The notes under the pieces are model-generated. The model was not told the origin of the DNA and did no database searches. It was given only the letters and a program-made list of their open reading frames with translations. DNA of 64,000 nucleotides from a virus (Duplodnaviria; Caudoviricetes). The stretch lies in the IMG/VR virus record IMGVR_UViG_3300034062_005626; one strand, written 5' to 3'. The position numbers and the translations under genes are program-made. Shown here piece after piece: positions 48,701-56,470 of the stretch (position 1 is its first letter; every line of letters begins with the position of its first letter).

Positions 48701-48853
48701 TTGAAATCTACCACTCACTATTGTACCATCATCTTTGGTTAAAGTACCAACACCATTTTCGCAATCACCCACGCAAGTATCTTCTTTGAGTAATTGATAA
48801 AGACCAAGTATTTTTTTCTTTTCACTTTCAGATATGATGATTGCTTTTGACAT
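45731..48853 (-). CDS. leader-bearing multidomain protein: MORN repeats + carboxypeptidase-regulatory-like beta-sandwich repeats
   Basis: Leader MSKAIIISESEKKKILGLYQLLKE; YEGEVENGKPQGKG / YEGEFYDGKIDGIG MORN units; GKITDSTDNPLSGAKVTL..AISDGEGNYEILNVPIGSY. Confidence 0.8.
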   Translation of the reverse strand: MSKAIIISESEKKKILGLYQLLKEDTCVGDCENGVGTLTKDDGTIVSGRFQNGKLILGKKENGSGIEQGDFKLNKFGNEYLYKGQRTYKSSNAVEDGIFDENNRFLSGKIIRPDGEVLEGTWDEDNHFTGTKTDSSGYVYYFKDNEWIETPNNEEPLTQTDSGKTIIDNDEGYYEGEVENGKPQGKGKLHNISSESAGKIYVSPFRPNFHDDTFTYEGSFDNGKPEGEGKITFENGDVYEGEFYDGKIDGIGKMTFANGSVYDGEFETISKDSLKSTYKVKTKTDTIEDLVKYNSERPRVTDVYSDLTNQNRTKGILKSGTLTGFVKATLSKNKDSKVVDGLKDIVDNETLSTLTIANKLKPTTAKITLQHKTIKNITYKTESDYEGNFEFENIELGDYLLTVDTNNKFSSLKNYNFKMDNQDKEVTIILSDKKLFMKEYFEKYYLNEDDNSATVFGKITDSTDNPLSGAKVTLSTAGKSYGAISDGEGNYEILNVPIGSYKLKFFHMDYGSTETENLEITSNTKIQKNYKFKSLDKKEVATKRIVKTEQVCVVDVTVLDEDGENISNADVSFLIGNEIIARSKTDNNGKLSNFVIPYNDKFKKNKDLPCEEKTKVQIVASFKGKKGTPKEFELCVFNGKKEKKIVSRIKTDSYDMSSSNIFEVSINTQFQYSILASDSENNMPLSDASIMVYSDSSKKELLTSGKGSVEDFIKLDRRPRNFETSEVYYEISNEGYDTEKGKLKIKKRGENEFYIKLDKNDAFFKFNLLKVVDQDNKTIDGVEFAIIEDRNNPKKSIEGVIPFQGGKIKRGLNRKSEPENNKIVFITLEKDGYELKTERLKLVSNKENNNFEFELTKIGPEKEPKKLSDLKSCENIIEQYYQTYVSLYRKTISADSIDKTQLKKDKQKIVGCHTTLRNKLSRKSLDYIKQLTNVSPSIEFMEITLQVNENENIYSRTTNLDNRIKNIIKEQKEMKSSMLVEKRLVEKRFDFIIESLISQNNISDIKFIRELQTEKNKMIELGYDSLIVQDSFLNVMNTFF

Positions 48854-48880
48854 GTTACAATATAAATATTTTAAAATATA

Positions 48881-49744
48881 TTAAATGTGAGATACACCTA
48901 ATTTACCGTCGAATCTTGTGTTACAATCTTCCAAATAATTTTCAACAGTATCTTTTGATAAATTGGATAAATTCAAATCTCTTTTACAGAAATATAAGGT
49001 TCTACAAAATCCTCTATTCAAATCAATATTTTCTTTTTGGGTTTTTAAAGAATGAAAAAACTCTTTTGTTGGTTTTAACTTATATATTTCAATTTTATCT
49101 GCAAATGCGGTATTGATAAAACTTTTTGTAAAATATCGACCTAACTCTTGAGGAGGAACTTCAGTGGTCCAACCTTTTGATATTTTTTCTTTTACTTTTT
49201 CTTTAATTCTAACAGGTAATATTTCTAAACCTTTTTTTTCGTTAATTTTAAGAACGTTTATTGCTTCCTGTTCTTTTTTTTTTAGACCTTCTTCAGGTCT
49301 TACATTAACTTTTTTTTCTCTATCTTCAGGTTCTTTTTTGTTAAGGTCCATATTGGACAATTCTTTTTTATTAAAATCGCCTTTCACCAAAAACCAGTTT
49401 CCGTTAGTTGGTCTTGATACGGACCAAATTTCCATTTCACCTCTATCTTCTCGTATTAAACGTAAAACATTTATTAAACCAACTAATCTTACAGATTCAG
49501 TTAAATGTGCCAAATCTTTTGTAAAAAGGATTCTTACAACATTTTCGTGTGTATCAACAACCGCCCTTACAAACGCATCATCCTCGTCATATTTTTTTCT
49601 GTAATGGTCAATTCTATCCATTACATCTTCCATTTTAATTTTTACATCTTTATACTCAGCATTATCATCATCATATGATTGAAATTTGAAAGTATCTTTC
49701 CAATGTTTAAAATTGTCTTCTCCGAATTTAGTTCTTGGTTTCAT
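48881..49744 (-). CDS. hypothetical protein
   Basis: 287-aa ORF with palindromic late motif 49745-49756 immediately upstream. Confidence 0.75.
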   Translation of the reverse strand: MKPRTKFGEDNFKHWKDTFKFQSYDDDNAEYKDVKIKMEDVMDRIDHYRKKYDEDDAFVRAVVDTHENVVRILFTKDLAHLTESVRLVGLINVLRLIREDRGEMEIWSVSRPTNGNWFLVKGDFNKKELSNMDLNKKEPEDREKKVNVRPEEGLKKKEQEAINVLKINEKKGLEILPVRIKEKVKEKISKGWTTEVPPQELGRYFTKSFINTAFADKIEIYKLKPTKEFFHSLKTQKENIDLNRGFCRTLYFCKRDLNLSNLSKDTVENYLEDCNTRFDGKLGVSHI

Positions 49745-49747
49745 TAT

Positions 49748-52201
49748 TTATAAATATTTGTCAGCAAAATCTTTTGCACTTATTATGGTTTTATCTTCTA
49801 TTAATGTATTATCTAAATCATTAAGTTTTTTTACAACATCTTTAGCGTCATCTTCTTTTTCAAATCCATTTATGTTTGGTATTGTTTTAGGGTTTGCTTT
49901 CTTTATATCATTCAATGTTGCAGGTTCAGGTTTTTCATCTGTTGTGGCGGCATAATAAATTTTATATAAAACTGGGTCAGAAACATTGGTAGGGGCCACT
50001 TTAGCATAAAAATAAAATGGTTCATATGGTACTTTTTGAAACGAAAATTTGTAACTTTTACCATCTTGTGTTCCTAATTCACCGATAACCCGATATAAAT
50101 ATCCATTTTTATCTCTAACCGCACCATCTGTTATTGTGACATTTTCACTTATTTTTTCTACGTTTTTAGGATTTTTAAACACTTGTTTTACTTTATCAAG
50201 GTCTATGTTTAACGCATCCTCATTAACCGCTATATCTTTGTATACGACTAAAGATTTTTTAAATTTTTCTAAATCACTTTCTTTTAAACCGTTATATTTT
50301 AAAAATAATGTTTGGTTTTGGTTTTCTTTCATTACAAAATCATATAACCTCCCAAACGATTTAAAAATTCCTTGTGGTTCAGCAAACCCTTTTAATAATG
50401 CTTTTTGCTCCTCCTGCCCCATACTGCCCCACCATTCATCAAAAGCCTCATTTTTGGACATCACTAATTCGGATTTTGTTTTATCTGGGTCTTGACTTAA
50501 ATCTCTATGTGCACCTACTAAACCAGATTTTATTAAATTATATTCCCACTCAATATCAAAAGGTAATAAATCTGAAGTGTTAAATTCAGTGTATGCCTTT
50601 ACAATTTCATCCCATAATAACTCATAACCTGTTTTTTTTGTTTCAGATGAAATTCTATCTATTTCATTCTTTTCGAAACCAATCGCGATAAGGGTGTTTA
50701 TTGTTACAGGAACAATTATTAAAACCTTTTTAAAAACTATTAATTTTATATATTGCCATAAAAGATTTTGAAGAAATTTTTTCCATGAACCAAACCCTTT
50801 AGTCCCAAACATTTTACCTAATGTTTTAAAAGTCCTTATCTGACCAAAGAAAACTTCCATCCAAAAATTTCTCCAAGAAAACTCAAATGTTTTTATATAT
50901 TCTTTAATATTTTTAAATAACCCACTAATCCCATCTTTAAAGACACTTTTAACAAAATTTTTAAACTTTGTGAAATCTTCCATAAAAGAGCTAATTTGCT
51001 CTGCATTTTTAAGAACGCTCTCAGGGGTATTTGGGTATCTTGTTTTTAAATCTTGAAAATATTGTTTAAAAGATTCAGGTTTCCATTTTGGCATGATGTT
51101 GGAACCAGGTTCTCCATATATTAATGAATCTTCAATTGCTTTAACTAATTCCGTTTCACCTTCTTTTCTTAACTCAGCTAAAACTTCATCCCATATTTGT
51201 CTGGCATTTTTTTCAATACCATCAATTTGGTCAATATCGTATGCTATTGCCCTAACTAAAGATTGAAATTCTGTGGTTGGTGTTGTTGAGTTTTCTATTA
51301 CAATTTTTTCAGCTGGAAATGATTTTAATAAATTTAAGTTTTCGTCTAAAGACGCTTTTAACTCATCAAAAGTTTTTCCAATATTTTTAAATTTTTTAAT
51401 TAGGTTATTTAAAAATCTCCACTTACCACTAACTTTTTTTATATCCTCAATATTGGTTACAGGTTTTTCATCGTAAGTCAATCCCTTCTCTTTTTGCCAC
51501 CCATCAAGGTCAGTTTCTATTTTTTTGTCTAACCAGGTTTCTAAACGGTCAAAATTTTTATCACCTGATTTGAATGGTATTCCTTTCGCTTTCAACTCAT
51601 CTTCAAAATACCCTTTATAAAATTCTTTTAATTCTTTTTTATTTGGTTTTTTTGCACCCCCAAGATATTCATCGTCAATAAGTTTTTCCATTTCAAAATA
51701 TGAATCACTATAAGCCTGATACACTTTACCATCAGGGTTGTCAAAAACTTTATTTAACGCACTATCAACAGAATTTATAAACATTTGATTATTGTCTATA
51801 GAAGCCCCTCCTTTTGCATTTTGTACTTTTATTTTAAAATCATTAAATTTTTTATAAAAACTACTAGGGTTTGTACTTAAAGACCCCAATTTATCGGCTC
51901 TAGCAGCATTTGCAATCTCTGTTTTTTGATTTTTTAAACCTTGAGCCATATCATCTATTTCTTGAGCAGTTAATTTAACTACCTTAGACCCTTTCGGTAT
52001 TAAGTCATTCAATCCATTTAATAATTTTTTTACATCATCAACCGATTCAAATGCCTCATCCGCATGAATTAAAAGTTTTCCTAATTGTGTGATTGGAGGA
52101 CCTCCCTCATTTAAAATATGACTATTTGTGGGAAAATTTTCTTCTTTTAACCCCATTAAGGATTTTGCCCTATTAATTTCTAATATTAAATTATTATTCA
52201 T
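49748..52201 (-). CDS. large leader-bearing helical protein with hydrophobic segment (possible ejection protein)
   Basis: Leader MNNNLILEINRAKSLMGLKE...ILNE|G; hydrophobic VLIIVPVTINTLIAIGF. Confidence 0.65.
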   Translation of the reverse strand: MNNNLILEINRAKSLMGLKEENFPTNSHILNEGGPPITQLGKLLIHADEAFESVDDVKKLLNGLNDLIPKGSKVVKLTAQEIDDMAQGLKNQKTEIANAARADKLGSLSTNPSSFYKKFNDFKIKVQNAKGGASIDNNQMFINSVDSALNKVFDNPDGKVYQAYSDSYFEMEKLIDDEYLGGAKKPNKKELKEFYKGYFEDELKAKGIPFKSGDKNFDRLETWLDKKIETDLDGWQKEKGLTYDEKPVTNIEDIKKVSGKWRFLNNLIKKFKNIGKTFDELKASLDENLNLLKSFPAEKIVIENSTTPTTEFQSLVRAIAYDIDQIDGIEKNARQIWDEVLAELRKEGETELVKAIEDSLIYGEPGSNIMPKWKPESFKQYFQDLKTRYPNTPESVLKNAEQISSFMEDFTKFKNFVKSVFKDGISGLFKNIKEYIKTFEFSWRNFWMEVFFGQIRTFKTLGKMFGTKGFGSWKKFLQNLLWQYIKLIVFKKVLIIVPVTINTLIAIGFEKNEIDRISSETKKTGYELLWDEIVKAYTEFNTSDLLPFDIEWEYNLIKSGLVGAHRDLSQDPDKTKSELVMSKNEAFDEWWGSMGQEEQKALLKGFAEPQGIFKSFGRLYDFVMKENQNQTLFLKYNGLKESDLEKFKKSLVVYKDIAVNEDALNIDLDKVKQVFKNPKNVEKISENVTITDGAVRDKNGYLYRVIGELGTQDGKSYKFSFQKVPYEPFYFYAKVAPTNVSDPVLYKIYYAATTDEKPEPATLNDIKKANPKTIPNINGFEKEDDAKDVVKKLNDLDNTLIEDKTIISAKDFADKYL

Positions 52202-52237
52202 TTTTTTATATATAAATACATTTATAAAGTATAAATT

Positions 52238-54655
52238 TTATTTTTTGTTTAAAACAGTGTCAACTAATTGAAATTTTTTTACTTGGTCTTCCATGTTGTT
52301 ACCAAAATTCATATTCATCCAATAATCTACAACTTCCATACTGTCTTTTTTTTGCTCATCTGTTAAAGTATTAGGGTCCGGTTCTTTTTGTGTGTTTTCC
52401 CAGTTGTCGATTAAGTTTGATAATGCTAATTCTAATATTTTTTTATTTTCTTCTTCTTTATCTATTTTTAAATTTGTTATATTTTTTATAGTCGCCCCTT
52501 CTGTTAAATCATAAATTAAGGCCGACAATGTTTTGGAATCAACTTTTCCTGTCTGTTCTAATCCTTTATTTTTTTGATAAACTTCAACCATTGTTTTTGT
52601 AATATCATCAAAATAACCCCAATTTACTCTTGATTTGGCTCCACCTTCAGAAAATAGCCCACCTGTTATACTTTCTAAAGACAAGTTATTATTTATTAAA
52701 CCACTTTCTTTTTTTGTACCATTTTTATACTCAAATTTTAATTTAAAACTTGGGGATAAATTTATTTTTTTTGAAGTGACTTCTTTTTTTCCCATAGGTC
52801 TTATGGTGTCAACTACACGGTCACCAGGGATTGTGTTTATTATTTCTATTTTATTTATAGAACTAACATTAATTAACGTTAATTTTGAGTTTTGATAATT
52901 TCCTAATGTGCCCATGTTTTTAGCAACTAGTTTTGAAATTAAATTTGAAGATTTAGTTTTTCCCTTACTTCCATCGAAAAAATTTTCAATTTTATAATCA
53001 ATACCCATTAAAGGTACCCCCACAACTTGAGCCAACATAGACTGTAACATTTCAACTTCGATTTCATATGAATTTTTATATCTGTCACTCATGACAACAT
53101 TTTTTTGTAACATGGTTTCAAAAGTGCTCTTAAGTAAAAAATTAAATAATCTTTGTTTATCTAGTTGGATTTTTTTAGCTTCCTCCATTAATTTAATTTC
53201 TGCAAGTTTTTTACATTCTTCGGGCGAACTAGTAAAAGGTTGAGGGTTTAACTGTGTTATAAGTTCATTTTTTCTGTCATTGATAATCTTTTCGTACGCA
53301 ATATCCCCTTTGTATTTTTTTGTCTCTACTCCAATAATTTTAGTAAGCTCATCCCAATTAAAAGTTGCAGAGCATTTTCCTAAATTATTGTAAGCCCACC
53401 AATCATAACTATATGTAATACCCCAAATTTTATAAATGGTTCTCATAAAACTATTATTCCAGCCACTAGATTTTGCCACTTCATTCACTAAGTCTACTAC
53501 AAATTTTGCTCCTTTACTTTTTAAACCTGCTTGTAGAATTTTATTAAAATTTTTCTTTAATTTTGGTAAAATAACTTTTGGGTTTAATATATCTTTCATA
53601 AATTCTTTCTCAACAGAAGTTAATGTTTCTGGAGTTTGACTAATAAGTTTTTTTGATATTTCATTTAAAGCCTTTTTTTCTGTTCCTGCAATTTTTGCTA
53701 GTTTGGCAAAACTTTTAAACGAGTTTAATTCTGAGAATGGTATTAAAGCCATCGCAAACGTAAAACCCGCCAAATAAGGGTCTTCATCATAAAATTCATA
53801 AAGAGCTGCATCTATCATTTCTAATGCTGAACCAACCACAGGACCTGCGGGAGGAAAGAAATTTAACATTAAACTTATTATCGGTATAATTGTATGGTAC
53901 GCAGAAACGTATGAATCAAAATTAGGTTCACTAGATGATTTATATGTATCAACAACTTTTCTAACCACATCTCCCGATTCAATGTCACGGTTTAACATAG
54001 GTTGTTTAAATGCGTTTACAGTTTTTATGTTTGACACTGCAACAGGTATGTTTATTTGGGAACCTGGGTTTCCTGGTGAAGAACCAAAAAAACTATTTAA
54101 AAAATTCCAAGGGCCTCCATCAAAAAGGTCTATATTTTGTGTTAATTTAGGGTAGTTGAAATAAAAGTCTTGTAAAACAAAAGTGTTATATATATTTCTA
54201 CTTTGAATTTGTGTGTCATCAACACCAAGTCCCGACTGTTTTGTAGGGTATAATTGTTGATTTAATGTATCTATTAGATTTTGGTCAAACTTACTAAATT
54301 TCCATTCACCTCCTGATTTACCACCCAACACATTTACTTTAAAAAAAGAATCCAAGGTTGTGTATTGAATTTCATTAAACAAGAGATTTGTTAAATATCT
54401 CATGGCTGATAATGCCGCGTCATTGTACGCATCAGTTCCCGAATTGTAATTTGGACACCCCCAAACCCAATAACTTTTTGGTATTTTAAAAAAACCTAAT
54501 TGAAATAACAAAGATTTTACACTCGCAGCCTCTTTAGATTTACACCACTCAGATTCACTTAAAACTATTTCTCTATTCTCAATAATAGTTTTACTTCTAT
54601 CGAAATTAATAAGTGATAATTGCCTTAAAATTTCTTCATGTAAATTGTCTTTCAT
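52238..54655 (-). CDS. large leader-bearing protein with hydrophobic hairpin and C-terminal peptidoglycan-binding domain (possible ejection protein)
   Basis: Leader ..IVLSE|SE; IIPIISLMLNFFPPAGPVVGSAL / LAGFTFAMALIP; GYFDDITKTMVEVYQKNKGLEQTGKVDSKTLSAL (PG_binding_1 pattern). Confidence 0.7.
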   Translation of the reverse strand: MKDNLHEEILRQLSLINFDRSKTIIENREIVLSESEWCKSKEAASVKSLLFQLGFFKIPKSYWVWGCPNYNSGTDAYNDAALSAMRYLTNLLFNEIQYTTLDSFFKVNVLGGKSGGEWKFSKFDQNLIDTLNQQLYPTKQSGLGVDDTQIQSRNIYNTFVLQDFYFNYPKLTQNIDLFDGGPWNFLNSFFGSSPGNPGSQINIPVAVSNIKTVNAFKQPMLNRDIESGDVVRKVVDTYKSSSEPNFDSYVSAYHTIIPIISLMLNFFPPAGPVVGSALEMIDAALYEFYDEDPYLAGFTFAMALIPFSELNSFKSFAKLAKIAGTEKKALNEISKKLISQTPETLTSVEKEFMKDILNPKVILPKLKKNFNKILQAGLKSKGAKFVVDLVNEVAKSSGWNNSFMRTIYKIWGITYSYDWWAYNNLGKCSATFNWDELTKIIGVETKKYKGDIAYEKIINDRKNELITQLNPQPFTSSPEECKKLAEIKLMEEAKKIQLDKQRLFNFLLKSTFETMLQKNVVMSDRYKNSYEIEVEMLQSMLAQVVGVPLMGIDYKIENFFDGSKGKTKSSNLISKLVAKNMGTLGNYQNSKLTLINVSSINKIEIINTIPGDRVVDTIRPMGKKEVTSKKINLSPSFKLKFEYKNGTKKESGLINNNLSLESITGGLFSEGGAKSRVNWGYFDDITKTMVEVYQKNKGLEQTGKVDSKTLSALIYDLTEGATIKNITNLKIDKEEENKKILELALSNLIDNWENTQKEPDPNTLTDEQKKDSMEVVDYWMNMNFGNNMEDQVKKFQLVDTVLNKK

Positions 54656-54658
54656 AAT

Positions 54659-54979
54659 CTATGTTTTATATTTACCAGTTTTACCAAAAGTTCTTCCTGA
54701 AGACCATTTTTCACCGGCCTTATTCAACATGTTTCCCTTTCCTCTTGTTACTTTATCTTCTTTTTTACCACCTAAAGAATTTGCAGGTCCTCTAGCGACA
54801 CCTGTTTCCCATTTTTCTATCGAAGGGTAACCTGTTGATGCTCCACCTCCACCTGAAGCGGCGGCACCACCTTCCTCATCTTCTAAAATGTCAGATTCAT
54901 CAAGTTCAACTTCTTCATCTTTTTTTTCTAAAAGCATCAAACTTAAAATTCTATTTATATTTTCAACTAACACTTTCAT
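54659..54979 (-). CDS. small leader-bearing protein with basic W/RG repeats
   Basis: Leader MKVLVENINRILSLMLLE; KWETGVARG / VTRGKGN / KWSSGRTFG. Confidence 0.75.
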   Translation of the reverse strand: MKVLVENINRILSLMLLEKKDEEVELDESDILEDEEGGAAASGGGGASTGYPSIEKWETGVARGPANSLGGKKEDKVTRGKGNMLNKAGEKWSSGRTFGKTGKYKT

Positions 54980-55281
54980 TTAAATTGTTGTTTTGGGAGT
55001 TTTTTGGGGTATATAATATAATATTCATTAAGAAAACTAATTAGTTCATCTTCATTAGTTATATAATCATAGTCATCATTTTCCCACTCATCTATCTCAT
55101 CAGATATGGTTTCATATATGTTTAAATTTTTGGTTTTATCGTAACCAAACTCCTCAAAAAAACTATATTCAATAACATCTTCTCTAACAACTTCATCCTC
55201 ATCATCAATAAGTCTAAATTCAACATTAATCAAATTTTGAACTTTATCAATATGATGTGATATTACCTCGCAAACTTCCAT
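54976..55281 (-). CDS. acidic hypothetical protein
   Basis: 101-aa ORF coupled to neighbours. Confidence 0.75.
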   Translation of the reverse strand: MEVCEVISHHIDKVQNLINVEFRLIDDEDEVVREDVIEYSFFEEFGYDKTKNLNIYETISDEIDEWENDDYDYITNEDELISFLNEYYIIYPKKLPKQQFK

Positions 55282-55282
55282 T

Positions 55283-55753
55283 TTATTTGTTTATATAAAA
55301 ATTTATTACACGTTTTACAGATTCTTCTATATTATCAATTTTATTTTGTAAATCTTCATCGTCATCCACTAAGTCATCAAATTCTTCATCATCTTCTAAT
55401 TCAAAAACATCTACAGGTCCTTTTGATTTAAATCGGTATGCTGGTTTTTGATTATTAACGTTATAAAAAGTCATTGACTGTTGAGGTCCTCCTGATTCAA
55501 AATCATATGCCGGTTCAATTTCATCATAATTTAATGGTTTTGCCGTAATTTCATTTATTTTATGATTTTGATAAACTTTAACCGTATTGTTGTTTGTTAC
55601 AGTTACTCCGTTTAAGTCTTTTCTATCGTCATACACAGTCAACGGATACATATTACCATTAACATTTTGTGTTGCATATCCGTCATAAACTGAAGAATGT
55701 TGTCTTATAATATCTTGTTTTTCATTATCTGAAAGTTTAACTGGCCCTCTCAT
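55283..55753 (-). CDS. hypothetical protein with leader-like N-terminus
   Basis: VKLSDNEKQDIIRQH resembles the IISESEKKKIL leader of 45731..48853. Confidence 0.7.
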   Translation of the reverse strand: MRGPVKLSDNEKQDIIRQHSSVYDGYATQNVNGNMYPLTVYDDRKDLNGVTVTNNNTVKVYQNHKINEITAKPLNYDEIEPAYDFESGGPQQSMTFYNVNNQKPAYRFKSKGPVDVFELEDDEEFDDLVDDDEDLQNKIDNIEESVKRVINFYINK

Positions 55754-56433
55754 TCTATTTCTTTATTTAAAAATTTATTTGCTTCAGACATCCAAAACTG
55801 TTTGGCCGTTGTTGCTAATCTAACCATAGTTTTTTGTACGTCTTTTAGACTATATTTTATTTCTTTGTTATCGAGGTATTCCATAGAAGCTCTTATAAAC
55901 AAATTATAAATATCCTCTGAACGATTGATGAGTCTTTTAATAAGTATCTCTTTTTCCTTATCTGGTTTTATGTGATAACTTTGTAACTTGAAAAAGTCCT
56001 GTATATAATCAGGTCCCATCAATAAAAACTTACCCCCTTCCATTGCCATGTTGTGAGAACCAATTTGTCTTTCAAGTTCTAAAAACTCATAAACTTTTTC
56101 CAATTCTTTTTTAGAAAACACGGCGAGAAAATCACCTTTTGAAATTAAATCATCAAGATTTTTAAAGTCAATTTCTTGAATATTTTCAATCTTAGAATCT
56201 TTATCAAATATCCAAGCATCTGTCTCAGGTAATAAACTTAATTTACTAATAGGGTTTCCGTCTTCATCAAACCATTGAACATTATACATATATCCTAAAT
56301 CTTTTGGAGAAAATTTTGGTGCATTTCCAATTTCTAAAACTTCACCTTTAGTTCCCGGACCCAATGTTTCTCCATCCATATAGACAAGAACAATTCTATC
56401 CCCCTTTTTTAATTCAGGATTTAATTTACTCAT
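55750..56433 (-). CDS. DUF4314-like SH3-fold domain protein
   Basis: KKGDRIVLVYMDGETLGPGTKGEV..I...VQW.....LSLLPETD. Confidence 0.6.
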   Translation of the reverse strand: MSKLNPELKKGDRIVLVYMDGETLGPGTKGEVLEIGNAPKFSPKDLGYMYNVQWFDEDGNPISKLSLLPETDAWIFDKDSKIENIQEIDFKNLDDLISKGDFLAVFSKKELEKVYEFLELERQIGSHNMAMEGGKFLLMGPDYIQDFFKLQSYHIKPDKEKEILIKRLINRSEDIYNLFIRASMEYLDNKEIKYSLKDVQKTMVRLATTAKQFWMSEANKFLNKEIE

Positions 56434-56470
56434 AACAATAAATACTTAGCTCAGTGTAATACTACAAAAT

